Source: Pseudomonas aeruginosa
Lineage (GTDB): Bacteria > Pseudomonadota > Gammaproteobacteria > Pseudomonadales > Pseudomonadaceae
Length of the DNA stretch: 32,000 nt
Assembly (NCBI RefSeq): GCF_001457615.1
Contig: NZ_LN831024.1
Span: 1,200,001 to 1,232,000 of the forward strand
Reading direction: 5' to 3'
Part shown: in pieces, positions 19,479 to 31,274 of the stretch
How the letters are laid out: the number at the start of each line of letters is the position of its first letter
How positions within the stretch are numbered: position 1 is the first letter of the stretch
Notes under the pieces: model-generated
What the model was told of the DNA's origin: nothing
Database searches by the model: none
Seen by the model: only the letters and a program-made list of their open reading frames with translations
Made by a program: the position numbers and the translations under genes

Positions 19479-20618
19479 ATGACAACGACCACCGCCGGCA
19501 AGGTGAATCTGCTGGGCCTGACCCAGCCGCAGCTGGAACAGTTCTTCGAGTCCATCGGCGAGAAGCGTTTCCGGGCCGGCCAGGTCATGAAGTGGATTCA
19601 CCACTTTGGCGTCGACGATTTCGACGCCATGACCAACGTCGGCAAGGCCTTGCGCGAAAAGCTCAAGGCCTCAGCCGAGATACGCGGTCCCGAGATCGTC
19701 AGCCAGGATATTTCCGCCGACGGCACCCGCAAGTGGGTGGTCCGGGTGGCGTCCGGCAGTTGCGTCGAGACCGTGTACATCCCCCAGGGCGGACGCGGCA
19801 CCCTGTGCGTGTCCTCCCAGGCGGGCTGCGCCCTGGATTGCAGTTTCTGCTCCACCGGCAAGCAGGGTTTCAACAGCGACCTCACCGCCGCCGAGGTGAT
19901 CGGCCAGGTGTGGATCGCCAACAAGTCGTTCGGTACCGTTCCGGCCAAGATCGACCGCGCCATCACCAATGTCGTGATGATGGGCATGGGCGAGCCGCTG
20001 CTGAACTTCGACAACGTGGTCGCCGCCATGAACATCATGATGGACGACCTCGGCTACGGTATTTCCAAGCGCAAGGTGACCCTGTCCACCTCCGGCGTGG
20101 TGCCGATGATCGACAAGCTCGGCGAGGTGATCGACGTGTCCCTGGCCCTGTCGCTGCACGCACCGAACGACGAGTTGCGCAACAAGCTGGTGCCGATCAA
20201 CAAGAAATATCCGCTGGGCATGCTGCTGGATGCCTGCCGCCGGTATATTTCCCGGCTCGGCGAGAAGCGCGTGCTGACCGTCGAATACACCCTGCTCAAG
20301 GATGTCAACGATCAGCCCGAGCATGCTGAGCAGATGATCGCATTGCTGAAAGACACGCCTTGCAAGATCAACCTGATTCCGTTTAATCCATTCCCGCACT
20401 CCGGCTACGAGCGCCCGAGCAACAATGCCATCCGGCGTTTCCAGGACATGTTGCACAAGGGCGGCTTCAACGTGACCGTGCGTACCACCCGCGGCGACGA
20501 CATCGACGCGGCCTGTGGCCAACTGGTTGGTCAGGTCATGGATCGCACCCGCCGGAGCGAACGTTATATTGCCGTGCGCCAACTGGCCGAGTCCGAGTCG
20601 GCGGCGAATCGAAATTGA
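19479..20618 (+). CDS. rlmN: Dual-specificity RNA methyltransferase RlmN
   Basis: Radical [18 protein letters not shown]; [15 protein letters not shown]. Confidence 0.97.
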
Positions 20619-20635
20619 GTGAGAGGAGGGTTCCG

Positions 20636-21394
20636 ATGACTGTACGCGCCGCGCTGGTGTTCCTGTTGGCAGTTGGGCTGACAGGCTGCGTGACGAGCGG
20701 AGATCAGAATCCCCTGAAAACCGACAAGGGCCGTGACGAGGCGCGCGACGCCTATATCCAGCTTGGCCTCGGCTATCTCCAGCGGGGGAACACCGAGCAG
20801 GCCAAGGTGCCGCTGCGCAAGGCCCTCGAGATCGACCCTTCCAGCGCCGACGCGCACGCCGCGCTGGCGGTGGTGTTCCAGACCGAGATGGAGCCCAAGC
20901 TGGCCGACGAGGAGTACCGCAAGGCGCTCGCCAGCGATAGCCGCAATGCCCGGGTACTGAACAACTACGGCGGTTTCCTCTACGAGCAGAAGCGCTACGA
21001 GGAGGCCTACCAGCGTCTCCTGGAGGCCAGCCAGGACACCCTCTATCCCGAGCGCTCGCGGGTCTTCGAGAACCTCGGCCTGGTTTCGCTGCAAATGAAG
21101 AAACCGGCCCAGGCCAAGGAGTACTTCGAGAAATCCCTGCGTCTGAACCGTAACCAGCCCAGCGTCGCGCTGGAGATGGCCGACCTGCTCTACAAGGAGC
21201 GCGAGTACGTGCCGGCTCGCCAGTACTATGATCTCTTTGCCCAGGGCGGCGGGCAGAACGCCCGCAGTCTGTTGCTGGGCATTCGTCTCGCGAAGGTCTT
21301 CGAAGACCGCGACACGGCCGCCAGCTATGGCCTGCAGTTGAAACGCCTGTACCCAGGCTCTCCCGAATATCAGGAATTCCAGGCGGAAAAATGA
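20636..21394 (+). CDS. pilF: Type IV pilus biogenesis/stability lipoprotein PilF (TPR)
   Basis: Lipobox LAVGLTGC, TPR repeats, position upstream of rodZ; 252 aa from ATG 20636. Confidence 0.93.
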   Translation: MTVRAALVFLLAVGLTGCVTSGDQNPLKTDKGRDEARDAYIQLGLGYLQRGNTEQAKVPLRKALEIDPSSADAHAALAVVFQTEMEPKLADEEYRKALASDSRNARVLNNYGGFLYEQKRYEEAYQRLLEASQDTLYPERSRVFENLGLVSLQMKKPAQAKEYFEKSLRLNRNQPSVALEMADLLYKEREYVPARQYYDLFAQGGGQNARSLLLGIRLAKVFEDRDTAASYGLQLKRLYPGSPEYQEFQAEK

Positions 21395-22434
21395 TGAAAG
21401 CGCCGCAGCCCGAAGTCGTAGCCACCGCTTCCCGTCAGAACCCCGGGGAAACCCTGCGCCAGGCGCGCGAGCAGAAGGGCCTGTCGCTGTCGCAGGTGGC
21501 CGGGCAACTGAACCTGACCGAGAATTCGCTGCGTCAGCTGGAAAACGGCGCGTTCGACAAGCTGCCGGGACACACCTTCTCGCGCGGTTACATCCGCGCC
21601 TACGCCAAGCTCATGGGCCTCGACCAGGCCGAGCTGGTCAACAGCTTCGACCATTTCACCGGCACCAATGCCAGCGGCAGCACCGTACAGAGCCTGGGAC
21701 GGGTCGCCGAGCCGGTGCGCCTGTCGCGCAACGTGCTGCGTATCGTCAGCCTGTTGCTGCTCGCCCTGCTGATCGGCTTCGGCTACTTCTGGTGGCAGGA
21801 GCATTCCGCGCGCACGCCGGAAACCGCCGGTCTGAGCCTTGAGCATGTCGAAGTGGAAAGCGCCGACGGCACCACCGAGATCCATACCCTGGACGAGCCT
21901 GAAGACCAGGCGGTGATCGAAGCGCAGAAGGAAGGCGAGCAAGCGCCCGCCGAGGTTTCTCCGGAAGTCGCTGCCCAGGCCGAGGGAGCGCCGCCGGTGG
22001 CGAGCGAGGGCGCGCAGGTTCCCGCCGCTCCGGCCCAGGGCACCCCCGCCGCACCCCAGCAGCCCGTTACCGCCGCGCCTGCCGGCACGGCTCCCGCTCC
22101 CGGTACTGCTCCAGCCGTTCCAGCGACGGCCAGTCCGGCCGCCCCGCCAGCGCCGAGCGAACCTACCGCCGCGCCCGTGGTGGCCGGCGAGGGCCAGGGG
22201 GTGGTCAAGGTACAGTTCGTCGCCGATTGCTGGACCCAGGTCACCGACGCCAACGGCAAGGTCCTGGTCAGCGCGCTGAAGCGCAAGGGCGACAGCCTGG
22301 AACTGGCCGGCAAGGCCCCGCTGGAGCTGCGCCTCGGTTTCGCTCGCGGCGCCCAGGTCAGCTACAACGGCCAGCCGGTGGACGTGACCCCCTTCGTCCG
22401 CGGCGAAACGGCCCGTCTGAAGGTAGGACAATGA
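21391..22434 (+). CDS. rodZ: Cytoskeletal/HTH protein RodZ
   Basis: N-terminal HTH ([23 protein letters not shown]), TM, Pro/Ala-rich linker, C-terminal DUF4115-like domain. Confidence 0.92.
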   Translation: MMKAPQPEVVATASRQNPGETLRQAREQKGLSLSQVAGQLNLTENSLRQLENGAFDKLPGHTFSRGYIRAYAKLMGLDQAELVNSFDHFTGTNASGSTVQSLGRVAEPVRLSRNVLRIVSLLLLALLIGFGYFWWQEHSARTPETAGLSLEHVEVESADGTTEIHTLDEPEDQAVIEAQKEGEQAPAEVSPEVAAQAEGAPPVASEGAQVPAAPAQGTPAAPQQPVTAAPAGTAPAPGTAPAVPATASPAAPPAPSEPTAAPVVAGEGQGVVKVQFVADCWTQVTDANGKVLVSALKRKGDSLELAGKAPLELRLGFARGAQVSYNGQPVDVTPFVRGETARLKVGQ

Positions 22435-23546
22435 GCATTCATAGCGCTTCTCCGATCATTCGCCGCAAGTCTCGGAAAATCTGGGTCGGCAACGTCCCGG
22501 TGGGCGGCGACGCGCCGATCGCCGTGCAGAGCATGACCAACACCGAGACCTGCGACGTCGCTGCCACCGTCGCGCAGATCCGCCGCCTGGAAGATGCCGG
22601 CGCGGACATCGTGCGGGTTTCCGTCCCCGACATGGACGCCGCCGAGGCATTCGGCAAGATCAAGCAGCAGGTCAACGTGCCGCTGGTCGCCGACATCCAC
22701 TTCGACTATCGCATCGCCCTGCGCGTCGCCGAGCTGGGAGTGGACTGCCTGCGCATCAATCCGGGCAACATCGGTCGCGAGGACCGGGTCAAGGCCGTGG
22801 TCGATGCCGCGCGCGAGCGCAACATCCCGATCCGTATCGGCGTCAATGCCGGTTCGCTGGAAAAGGACCTGCAGAAGAAATACGGCGAACCGACCCCGGA
22901 AGCCCTGCTCGAATCGGCCATGCGCCACGTCGATCATCTCGACAAGCTGGACTTCCAGAACTTCAAGGTCAGCGTCAAGGCCTCCGACGTCTTCATGGCC
23001 GTCGCCGCCTATCGCCTGCTGGCCAGGCAGATCGAGCAGCCCCTGCACCTGGGCATCACCGAGGCCGGCGGCCTGCGCTCCGGCACGGTGAAGTCGGCGG
23101 TGGGGCTGGGCATGCTCCTGGCCGAGGGAATCGGCGACACCATCCGGATTTCCCTGGCTGCCGATCCGGTCGAGGAGATCAAGGTCGGTTTCGACATCCT
23201 CAAGTCCCTGCACCTGCGCTCCCGTGGCATCAACTTCATCGCCTGCCCGAGCTGTTCGCGGCAGAACTTCGACGTGGTGAAGACCATGAACGAGCTGGAA
23301 GGGCGCCTGGAGGACCTGCTGGTACCGATGGACGTGGCCGTGATCGGTTGCGTCGTCAACGGTCCGGGCGAAGCCAAGGAGGCCCATGTCGGCCTCACCG
23401 GCGGCACTCCGAACCTGGTGTATATCGACGGCAAGCCGTCGCAGAAACTGACCAACGACAACCTGGTGGACGAGCTGGAACGGCTGATCCGCCAGAAGGC
23501 GGCCGAGAAGGCCGAAGCCGATGCGAGCCTGATCGCCCGCGGCTGA
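22431..23546 (+). CDS. ispG: 4-hydroxy-3-methylbut-2-enyl diphosphate synthase
   Basis: [20 protein letters not shown]; [23 protein letters not shown]; 371 aa from ATG 22431. Confidence 0.98.
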   Translation: MSIHSASPIIRRKSRKIWVGNVPVGGDAPIAVQSMTNTETCDVAATVAQIRRLEDAGADIVRVSVPDMDAAEAFGKIKQQVNVPLVADIHFDYRIALRVAELGVDCLRINPGNIGREDRVKAVVDAARERNIPIRIGVNAGSLEKDLQKKYGEPTPEALLESAMRHVDHLDKLDFQNFKVSVKASDVFMAVAAYRLLARQIEQPLHLGITEAGGLRSGTVKSAVGLGMLLAEGIGDTIRISLAADPVEEIKVGFDILKSLHLRSRGINFIACPSCSRQNFDVVKTMNELEGRLEDLLVPMDVAVIGCVVNGPGEAKEAHVGLTGGTPNLVYIDGKPSQKLTNDNLVDELERLIRQKAAEKAEADASLIARG

Positions 23547-23564
23547 CCCGTTTAAGGACCCTAC

Positions 23565-24854
23565 GTGAGCAAGTCCCTGCAAGCCATTCGTGGCATGAAC
23601 GACATCCTGCCGGAGCAGACTCCGGCCTGGCGCTATCTGGAACGCACCTTCGCCGGCCTGCTGGACGGCTACGGCTACAGCGAGATCCGCCTGCCCATCC
23701 TCGAGTTCACCGAACTCTTCGCCCGCGGCATCGGCGAAGGCACCGACGTGGTCGACAAGGAGATGTACACCTTCCTCGACCGCAACGGCGAATCCCTGAC
23801 CATGCGTCCGGAAGGTACCGCCGGTTGCGTGCGCGCCGTGCTGGAGCACGGCCTGAGCGGCGGTGGTCAAGTGCAGAAGCTCTGGTACACCGGGCCGATG
23901 TTCCGTTACGAGAAACCGCAGAAAGGTCGCTACCGGCAGTTCCACCAGATCGGCGTGGAAGTCTTCAACCTGCCCGGTCCGGACATCGACGCCGAGTTGA
24001 TCATCCTCACCTGGCGCCTGTGGCAGAAGCTCGGCATGGCCGACGCGGTGACCCTGCAGCTCAACACCCTCGGTTCCAGCGAGGCCCGCGCACGCTATCG
24101 CGAGGCCCTGGTGGCCTATCTGCAGGAGCGCTTCGAGCAACTCGACGAAGACAGCCAGCGGCGCATGACCACCAATCCGCTGCGAATCCTCGACAGCAAG
24201 GTGGAGAGCACCCAGGCGTTGCTGGTTGGCGCGCCGACCCTGCACGACTATCTCGACGAAGAATCGATCGCCCACTTCGAGGGTCTCAAGGCCCGCCTGG
24301 ATGCTGTCGGACTGCGCTACGAAATCAACCAGAAGTTGGTGCGCGGCCTGGACTATTACTGCCGCACGGCTTTCGAGTGGGTCACCGACAAGCTTGGCGC
24401 CCAGGGCACCGTTTGCGGCGGTGGCCGCTACGACGGGCTGGTCAGCCAGTTCGGCGGCAAGCCGACCCCGGGTGTCGGTTTCGCCATGGGCGTGGAACGC
24501 CTGGTGCTGCTGCTGGAAACCTTGGGGGTGATCCCCGCCGAACTGAACCGTCCGGCCGACCTCTACGTCTGCGCCTTCGGCGAACCGGCCGAGCTGGCCG
24601 CCCTGACCCTGGCCGAACAGTTGCGCAGCGCCATTCCCGGCATACGCCTGCTGGTCAACGCCGGCGCCGGTAGCTTCAAGAGCCAGTTCAAGAAGGCCGA
24701 CAAGAGCGGCGCGCGCTTTGCCCTGATCCTCGGGGAGGACGAGGTGGCCAATCGCGTGGTAGGTTTCAAGCCCCTGCGTGACGAGGGCGAGCAACAAAGC
24801 ATTGCCTGGGATGCTCTGCCCGAGCACCTGGCAGCCTGTCTGGCACAGGCTTGA
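23565..24854 (+). CDS. hisS: Histidyl-tRNA synthetase
   Basis: [23 protein letters not shown]; class II motifs, [14 protein letters not shown]. Confidence 0.98.
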   Translation: MSKSLQAIRGMNDILPEQTPAWRYLERTFAGLLDGYGYSEIRLPILEFTELFARGIGEGTDVVDKEMYTFLDRNGESLTMRPEGTAGCVRAVLEHGLSGGGQVQKLWYTGPMFRYEKPQKGRYRQFHQIGVEVFNLPGPDIDAELIILTWRLWQKLGMADAVTLQLNTLGSSEARARYREALVAYLQERFEQLDEDSQRRMTTNPLRILDSKVESTQALLVGAPTLHDYLDEESIAHFEGLKARLDAVGLRYEINQKLVRGLDYYCRTAFEWVTDKLGAQGTVCGGGRYDGLVSQFGGKPTPGVGFAMGVERLVLLLETLGVIPAELNRPADLYVCAFGEPAELAALTLAEQLRSAIPGIRLLVNAGAGSFKSQFKKADKSGARFALILGEDEVANRVVGFKPLRDEGEQQSIAWDALPEHLAACLAQA

Positions 24855-24880
24855 GAACATAAAGAATAGGAGTGATTGGG

Positions 24881-25525
24881 GTGACATCGCGTACCGAAGA
24901 CGAAGACCTGGCGCAGATCAAGGACTGGTGGCAGCGCAACGGCAAGCCCCTGGTCACCGGCGGCATCCTCGCGCTGGCAGTGGTATTCGGCTGGCAGGCC
25001 TGGCAGAAGTACCAGACCAACCAGGCGCAGGGCGCCTCGATCGTCTACCAGCAACTGATCGAAACCGCGCTGAATCCGGCCGGCCAGCCGGATCCGGCGA
25101 AGGTGGCGGAGCTGGCTGGCAAGCTGAAGAGCGAGTTCGGCGGCACCCATTATGCCCAGTACGGCAGCCTGTTCGTGGCCAAGGTCGCGGTCGACAGCGG
25201 CAAGCTGGATGACGCCGTTGCCGAGCTGAAGGCGGTCATGGACAAGCCGGCCGACGCCACCCTCGGCGAACTGGCGCGGCAGCGCCTGGCCCGGGTCCTG
25301 GCGGCCCAGGGCAAGGTCGAGGAAGGCCTGAAACTGCTCGATGGCGATGCCGACAAGGCCTACGTCTCGACCCGCGAGGAGCTCAGGGGCGACCTGCTGG
25401 TGCAGCTCAAGCGCACCGACGAGGCGCGCGCGGCCTACGAGAAAGCCAAGCAGTCGCTGCCCGAAGACGGTGCCGGCGATGCCCTGCAGATCAAGCTCGA
25501 CGACCTGTCCAAGGGAGAGGCCTGA
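24881..25525 (+). CDS. Tetratricopeptide YfgM-like protein (UPF0070)
   Basis: TEDEDLAQIKDWWQRNGKPLVTGGILALAVVFGWQAWQ...; located between hisS and bamB. Confidence 0.88.
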   Translation: MTSRTEDEDLAQIKDWWQRNGKPLVTGGILALAVVFGWQAWQKYQTNQAQGASIVYQQLIETALNPAGQPDPAKVAELAGKLKSEFGGTHYAQYGSLFVAKVAVDSGKLDDAVAELKAVMDKPADATLGELARQRLARVLAAQGKVEEGLKLLDGDADKAYVSTREELRGDLLVQLKRTDEARAAYEKAKQSLPEDGAGDALQIKLDDLSKGEA

Positions 25526-25526
25526 G

Positions 25527-26669
25527 ATGGTGCAATGGAAACACGCGGCGCTGCTCGCCCTGGCCCTGGCGGTCGTGGGTTGCAGCAGCAACAGCAAGAA
25601 GGAACTCCCGCCCGCCGAACTGACCGACTTCAAAGAGGAAGTCGTGTTGAGCAAGCAGTGGAGCCGCTCGGTCGGTGATGGCCAGGGTGACCTGTACAAC
25701 CTGCTCGAACCGGCCGTCGATGGTTCCACCATCTACGCCGCGTCCGCCGAAGGGCGGGTGATGGCGATCCAGCGCGAGACCGGCGACGTGCTCTGGAAGA
25801 AGGACCTGGAACGTCCGGTTTCCGGCGGTGTCGGCGTTGGCTACGGCCTGGTGCTGGTGGGTACCCTGCGCGGTGACGTGATCGCCCTCGACGAAGCCAC
25901 CGGCAAGAAGAAGTGGACCAAGCGAGTCAACAGCGAAGTGCTGTCGGCGCCGGCCACCAATGGCGACGTGGTGGTGGTGCAGACCCAGGACGACAAGCTG
26001 ATCGGCCTCGATGCGGCCAGCGGCGACCAGCGCTGGATCTACGAAAGCACCGTGCCGGTGCTGACCCTGCGCGGCACCGGCGCGCCGCTGATTGCCGGCA
26101 ACATGGCCCTGGCTGGCCTGGCCAGCGGCAAGGTAGTGGCGGTCGACGTACAGCGCGGCCTGCCGATCTGGGAGCAGCGGGTAGCGATTCCCCAGGGGCG
26201 TTCCGAACTGGATCGCGTGGTGGACATCGACGGCGGCCTCCTGCTGTCCGGCGACACCCTCTACGTGGTCAGCTACCAGGGCCGTGCCGCGGCGCTGGAC
26301 GTGAACAGCGGCCGCCTGCTCTGGCAGCGCGAAGCGTCGAGCTACGTCGGCGTCGCCGAAGGCTTCGGCAATATCTACGTCAGCCAGGCCAGCGGTTCGG
26401 TGGAAGGCCTGGACTCGCGCGGCGCTTCTTCGCTGTGGAACAACGACGCCCTGGCGCGTCGCCAACTGTCGGCTCCGGCGGTGTTCTCCAGCAACGTGGT
26501 GGTCGGCGACCTGGAAGGCTACGTGCACCTGCTGAGCCAGGTGGACGGTCGCTTCGTCGGTCGCGAGCGGGTCGACAGCGATGGCGTGCGGGTTCGTCCG
26601 CTGGTGGTCGGGAGCTGGATGTACGTGTTCGGCAACGGTGGCAAGCTCGTCGCCTACACCATCCGCTAG
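25527..26669 (+). CDS. bamB: Outer membrane assembly lipoprotein BamB
   Basis: Lipobox ALAVVGCSS, PQQ-like beta-propeller repeats; 380 aa from ATG 25527. Confidence 0.95.
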   Translation: MVQWKHAALLALALAVVGCSSNSKKELPPAELTDFKEEVVLSKQWSRSVGDGQGDLYNLLEPAVDGSTIYAASAEGRVMAIQRETGDVLWKKDLERPVSGGVGVGYGLVLVGTLRGDVIALDEATGKKKWTKRVNSEVLSAPATNGDVVVVQTQDDKLIGLDAASGDQRWIYESTVPVLTLRGTGAPLIAGNMALAGLASGKVVAVDVQRGLPIWEQRVAIPQGRSELDRVVDIDGGLLLSGDTLYVVSYQGRAAALDVNSGRLLWQREASSYVGVAEGFGNIYVSQASGSVEGLDSRGASSLWNNDALARRQLSAPAVFSSNVVVGDLEGYVHLLSQVDGRFVGRERVDSDGVRVRPLVVGSWMYVFGNGGKLVAYTIR

Positions 26670-26746
26670 ACTGGGTTTCAAGTGTCCGGCCGCTGCCGTC
26701 CGACGTCAGCGGCCTTTGTGTTTTCTGAATTCTCGTGGAGAGCCGC

Positions 26747-28228
26747 ATGGTTCCCGTTATTGCCCTGGTGGGTCGCCCGAACGTCGGCAAGTCCACTCTG
26801 TTCAACCGCCTGACCAAGTCGCGCGACGCCATCGTGGCGGAGTACGCAGGCCTGACCCGCGATCGCCAGTACGGCGAGGCGCGCTGGCAGGGCCGCACCT
26901 ATATCGTCATCGATACCGGAGGCATCTCCGGCGATGAGGAAGGCATCGATGCGAAAATGGCCGAGCAATCGTTGCAGGCCATCGAGGAGGCGGATGCCGT
27001 CCTGTTCCTGGTCGATTCGCGCGCCGGCATGACCGCCGCCGACCAGATGATCGCCGAGCACCTGCGCAAGCGGAACAAGCGCAGCTTCCTGATCGCCAAC
27101 AAGGTCGACACCATCGATCCCGATCTCGCTCGCGCCGAGTTCAGCCCGCTGGGCCTGGGCGATGCGCTGCCGATCGCCGCCGCCCACGGTCGCGGCATCA
27201 ACCATATGCTGCAGGAAGCCCTGGGGATCTTCCCCAAGGACAACGCGGAGGAAGAGGGCGAGGGCGAGCCGGCGAGCGAAGAGGTCGCCGAAGGCGAGGA
27301 ACCGACCCGGATTCCCGGTCCCAGCGAGAAGGACGGGATCAAGATTGCCATCATCGGCCGGCCCAACGTGGGCAAGTCGACCCTGGTCAACCGCATGCTC
27401 GGCGAAGAGCGGGTGATCGTCTACGACCAGGCCGGCACCACCCGCGACAGCATCTACATCCCGTTCGAGCGCAACGAGGAGAAGTACACCCTGATCGACA
27501 CCGCTGGCGTGCGGCGTCGCGGCAAGATCTTCGAGGCGGTGGAAAAGTTCTCGGTGGTGAAGACCCTCCAGGCGATCCAGGACGCCAACGTGGTGATCTT
27601 CGTCATGGACGCCCGCGAAGGGGTGGTCGAGCACGACCTCAACCTGCTCGGCTTCGTCCTCGAGACCGGCCGTGCCCTGGTCATCGCCCTGAACAAGTGG
27701 GATGGCATGGAGGCGGCCGAGCGTGACTACGTGAAGACCGAACTGGAGCGGCGCCTGCTGTTCGTCGACTTCGCCGACATCCATTTCATTTCGGCCCTGC
27801 ATGGCACCGGCGTCGGCCATCTCTACAAGTCGGTCCAGGAGTCCTTCCGTTCGGCGGTGACCCGCTGGCCGACCAGCCGCCTGACCAGCATCCTCGAGGA
27901 CGCCGTGCAGGTGCACCAGCCGCCGATGGTCAACGGTCGCCGGATCAAGCTGCGCTACGCCCACCTGGGCGGCGCCAATCCGCCGCTGATCGTGATCCAC
28001 GGCAACCAGGTGGACGCGGTGCCGAAGGCCTATACCCGCTACCTGGAGAAGACCTACCGGCGGGTATTGAAGCTGGTCGGTACGCCGATCCGCATCGAGT
28101 ACAAGGGCGGCGAGAACCCCTACGAGGGCAAGAAGAACTCGCTCACCGCGCGCCAGGTCAACAAGAAGCGCCGGCTGATGTCGCACCACAAGAAAGCCGA
28201 GAAGAAGAAGAAGGACAAGCGCCGCTGA
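26747..28228 (+). CDS. der: Ribosome biogenesis GTPase Der (EngA)
   Basis: Two G domains ([12 protein letters not shown] and [12 protein letters not shown]), KH-like C-terminus; 493 aa. Confidence 0.98.
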   Translation: MVPVIALVGRPNVGKSTLFNRLTKSRDAIVAEYAGLTRDRQYGEARWQGRTYIVIDTGGISGDEEGIDAKMAEQSLQAIEEADAVLFLVDSRAGMTAADQMIAEHLRKRNKRSFLIANKVDTIDPDLARAEFSPLGLGDALPIAAAHGRGINHMLQEALGIFPKDNAEEEGEGEPASEEVAEGEEPTRIPGPSEKDGIKIAIIGRPNVGKSTLVNRMLGEERVIVYDQAGTTRDSIYIPFERNEEKYTLIDTAGVRRRGKIFEAVEKFSVVKTLQAIQDANVVIFVMDAREGVVEHDLNLLGFVLETGRALVIALNKWDGMEAAERDYVKTELERRLLFVDFADIHFISALHGTGVGHLYKSVQESFRSAVTRWPTSRLTSILEDAVQVHQPPMVNGRRIKLRYAHLGGANPPLIVIHGNQVDAVPKAYTRYLEKTYRRVLKLVGTPIRIEYKGGENPYEGKKNSLTARQVNKKRRLMSHHKKAEKKKKDKRR

Positions 28229-28249
28229 GGGTGGCGTTTCCTTCGTCGA

Positions 28250-28283
28250 AAGGCCCGGCAGGGATCCCTGTCGGGCCTTTTTC
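28250..28283 (+). terminator. der terminator
   Basis: AAAGGCCCGGCAGGGATCCCTGTCGGGCCTTTTTC hairpin plus U-run. Confidence 0.85.
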
Positions 28284-28535
28284 ATTGGCCGCGGCTGTAG
28301 CCCGCGGGACGAACCAGGCCGCCGGCGTTGACCGCCGATTCCCTGTCGTGGCGACGAATGATCGCGAGGTGGTTATTCGTCCTGCGCCATCGCCTGGCGC
28401 ATATTCCCCTCTGACCTGAAGCGGTCACGGTTTTTTCTAAGGCGTGCCCCTGCAGCGTCGCTCCCGGATCGGCTATCCTGCCCTGCCACCCGTCTGGCCG
28501 GGCTGTCGTCCGGCGAGTCTCTGCAGGAAGTCCCG

Positions 28536-29684
28536 ATGATTCAGAGCAAGCTGCCGAATGTCGGCACCACCATCTTCACCCGCATGTCGCAACTGGCCGC
28601 CGAGTGTGGCGCGATCAACCTCTCCCAGGGCTTTCCCGATTTCGACGGCCCGCCGGAGTTGCGCGAGGCGGTAGGCAGGCATATCGCCGCCGGGCACAAC
28701 CAGTACGCGCCGATGACCGGCTTGCCGGCCCTGCGCGAGCAGGTGGCGAAGAAGATCGAGCAGTTCTATGGACGCCGGGTGAGCGCCGACAGCGAGGTGA
28801 CCATCACGCCGGGGGCGACCGAGGCGATCTTCAGCGCGATCCAGGCGCTGGTCCATCCGGGCGACGAAGTGGTGGTACTCGACCCGTCCTACGACAGCTA
28901 CGAACCCTCCGTGCAACTCGCCGGCGGGCGTTGCGTGCACGTGCCGCTGGCGCTGCCGGACTTCTCCATCGACTGGCAGCGCATGGCCGAGGCCATCGGG
29001 CCGCGTACCCGGCTGGTCATCATCAATACCCCGCACAACCCCAGCGGCGCGCTGATCAGCCGCGAGGAACTGGACCGCCTGGCCGCGCTGATCCGCGACC
29101 GGGATATCTATCTGATCAGCGACGAGGTCTACGAGCACCTGGTGTTCGACGGTGTCGCTCATACCAGCGTGCTGTCCCACGACGAGTTGTATCCGCGTTC
29201 CTTCGTGGTCAGTTCGTTCGGCAAGACCTACCACGTCACCGGCTGGAAGACCGGCTACGTGGTCGCGCCGCCGGCGCTCAGCGCGGAGCTGCGCAAGGTT
29301 CACCAGTACGTCAACTTCTGTGGCGTCACGCCGCTGCAATGGGCATTGGCGGACTACATGGCCGGCCATCCGGAGCACTTGCGGCAATTGCCCGGCTTCT
29401 ACCAGGCCAAGCGCGACCTGTTCTGCGACCTGCTGCTGGACTCTCGCTTCCGTTTTACCCGTGCGCCGGGCACCTACTTCCAGTGCGTGGACTATTCGGC
29501 CATCCGTCCGGACCTGGACGACGTGGCCATGGCCGAGTGGCTGACCCGCGAACACGGAGTGGCGGCGATCCCGGTTTCGGTGTTTTATGAAAAGGCTCCG
29601 GACGCCATGCGGCTGGTCCGGTTCTGTTACGCCAAACGCGAGGAGACGCTGCGTCAGGCAGCGGAAAAGCTATGCGCGATCTGA
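28536..29684 (+). CDS. Methionine/aromatic-type PLP aminotransferase (YbdL-like)
   Basis: MIQSKLPNVGTTIFTRMSQLAAECGAINLSQGFPDFDGP...; SFGKTYHVTGWKTGY PLP-lysine region. Confidence 0.92.
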   Translation: MIQSKLPNVGTTIFTRMSQLAAECGAINLSQGFPDFDGPPELREAVGRHIAAGHNQYAPMTGLPALREQVAKKIEQFYGRRVSADSEVTITPGATEAIFSAIQALVHPGDEVVVLDPSYDSYEPSVQLAGGRCVHVPLALPDFSIDWQRMAEAIGPRTRLVIINTPHNPSGALISREELDRLAALIRDRDIYLISDEVYEHLVFDGVAHTSVLSHDELYPRSFVVSSFGKTYHVTGWKTGYVVAPPALSAELRKVHQYVNFCGVTPLQWALADYMAGHPEHLRQLPGFYQAKRDLFCDLLLDSRFRFTRAPGTYFQCVDYSAIRPDLDDVAMAEWLTREHGVAAIPVSVFYEKAPDAMRLVRFCYAKREETLRQAAEKLCAI

Positions 29685-30466
29685 CGGTTCTGCCGGACCT
29701 GGACATCGCCCTGGTCCAATCCTCCCTGGTCTGGCACGACGCCCAGGCCAACCGCGAGCATTTCGCCGCCCTGCTGGAGAGCGCCGCCGGTGCCGACCTG
29801 GTGGTCCTCCCGGAGATGTTCACCACGGGTTTCAGCATGGCTTCGGCCGAGCAGGCCGAGCCCGAACTGGGGCCGACCCATGCCTGGCTGCTGGAGCAGG
29901 CCCGGCGCCTTGGCGCGGTGGTCACCGGCAGCCTGATCGTCCAGCTCGCCGACGGCAGCCATCGCAACCGCCTGCTCTGGGCGCGTCCGGACGGCGAGAT
30001 GCTGCACTACGACAAGCGCCATCTGTTCCGCATGGCCGGCGAACACGAGCACTACAGTCCCGGCGAACGCCAGGAACTGTTCGAACTCAAGGGCTGGCGG
30101 GTGCGCCCGCTGATCTGCTACGACCTGCGTTTCCCGGTGTGGAGCCGCGACCCGCACGACACCGACCTGTTGCTCTACACCGCCAACTGGCCCGCGCCTC
30201 GTCGACAGCACTGGAACCGCCTGCTGCCGGCGCGGGCGATCGAGAACCTTTGCTACGTGGTGGCGGTGAACCGTATCGGCGAAGACGGCAACGCCTTGCG
30301 CTACGCTGGGGATAGCCAGGTCCTGGACTTCCAGGGCGACAGCCTGTTCAACGCGGCGGACGCCGACGGCGTGTTCCGCGTCCGGCTGGACGCGGCGGCA
30401 CTGGCGGCCTATCGCCAGCGTTTCCCGGCCTACATGGACGCGGATCGCTTCGAAATCCATCCTTGA
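29672..30466 (+). CDS. Nitrilase-superfamily amidohydrolase (omega-amidase YafV-like)
   Basis: VVLPEMFTTGF (Glu), YDKRHLF (Lys), LICYDLRFPV (Cys). Confidence 0.92.
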   Translation: MRDLTVLPDLDIALVQSSLVWHDAQANREHFAALLESAAGADLVVLPEMFTTGFSMASAEQAEPELGPTHAWLLEQARRLGAVVTGSLIVQLADGSHRNRLLWARPDGEMLHYDKRHLFRMAGEHEHYSPGERQELFELKGWRVRPLICYDLRFPVWSRDPHDTDLLLYTANWPAPRRQHWNRLLPARAIENLCYVVAVNRIGEDGNALRYAGDSQVLDFQGDSLFNAADADGVFRVRLDAAALAAYRQRFPAYMDADRFEIHP

Positions 30467-30599
30467 GTGCCGGAACGTCCGCTTCCGGTCGATGTCCGAG
30501 GCCATGACCCGGCGCTGCGCATGATGGCGCAGTGCCGGGAATGGAGTTACCCGTATCCCGCGGCGCCGCGCCGTGGGCATCAGATCAGGAGGAAGACCA

Positions 30600-31187
30600 A
30601 TGGGACTGCTCGATTCGATTCTCGGTTCGGCGCTGGGTGGCTCTGAAGGACAGGGAGGTGCTCGCGATCCGAAAGTGGCCCTGTTGATCGGGCTGGTGAC
30701 CATGCTGATGTCGCGCCAGGGCGGTGCGGCACAGGGCGGTGGCGATGGCGGTGGTCTGCTCGGTTCGCTGGGCAGCATCCTTGGTGGTGCCGGCGGCGGG
30801 GCCGCGAGCGGCGGGCTGGGTGGCGTCCTCGGCGATCTGCTCGGTGGCGCCGCGGGCGGTGCCGGGCAGGCGGCGCCGGGCGTGGAGGCCGGCTCACTGG
30901 GCGGACTCGGCGGGTTGTTCCAGATGCTCCAGAACGCAGGCCTGGGCGATGCCCTGAATTCCTGGATCGGCGGTGGGCCGAACCAGTCGGTGTCGGCGGC
31001 GGACATTTCCCGGGTCTTCGGCGACGGTCAATTGCAGCAACTGGCGGACTCCGCCGGAGTCAGCCAGGGCGAGGCGGCCGAACACCTGAGCAGCCTGCTG
31101 CCGGAACTGGTCAACAAGCTGACGCCGGACGGCCAGGCGCCGCAGGGCGACCTGGACATCGGTTCGCTGCTGGCGCGCTTCAGCTAA
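30600..31187 (+). CDS. DUF937/YidB-like protein, glycine-rich
   Basis: MGLLDSILGSALGG, Gly-rich centre, C-terminal ALNSWIGGGPNQSVSAADISRVFGDGQLQQLADSAGVSQGEAAEHLSSLLPELVNKLTPDG. Confidence 0.82.
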   Translation: MGLLDSILGSALGGSEGQGGARDPKVALLIGLVTMLMSRQGGAAQGGGDGGGLLGSLGSILGGAGGGAASGGLGGVLGDLLGGAAGGAGQAAPGVEAGSLGGLGGLFQMLQNAGLGDALNSWIGGGPNQSVSAADISRVFGDGQLQQLADSAGVSQGEAAEHLSSLLPELVNKLTPDGQAPQGDLDIGSLLARFS

Positions 31188-31274
31188 GGCTTTCCCGTCG
31201 ATGCGGAGCGGATAGCCGCGATACGGTTATCCGCTCCACTCAACGGGGCGAGGCCGCCCTCGACGGCAGGTCGG

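Noticed and set aside
21990-22200. Ala/Pro-rich low-complexity stretch
   Set aside because: This is the expected periplasmic linker of RodZ, not an independent repeat.
22362-24887. 841-aa minus-strand ORF opposite ispG/hisS
   Set aside because: Same GC-skew shadow effect; both plus-strand genes are certain.
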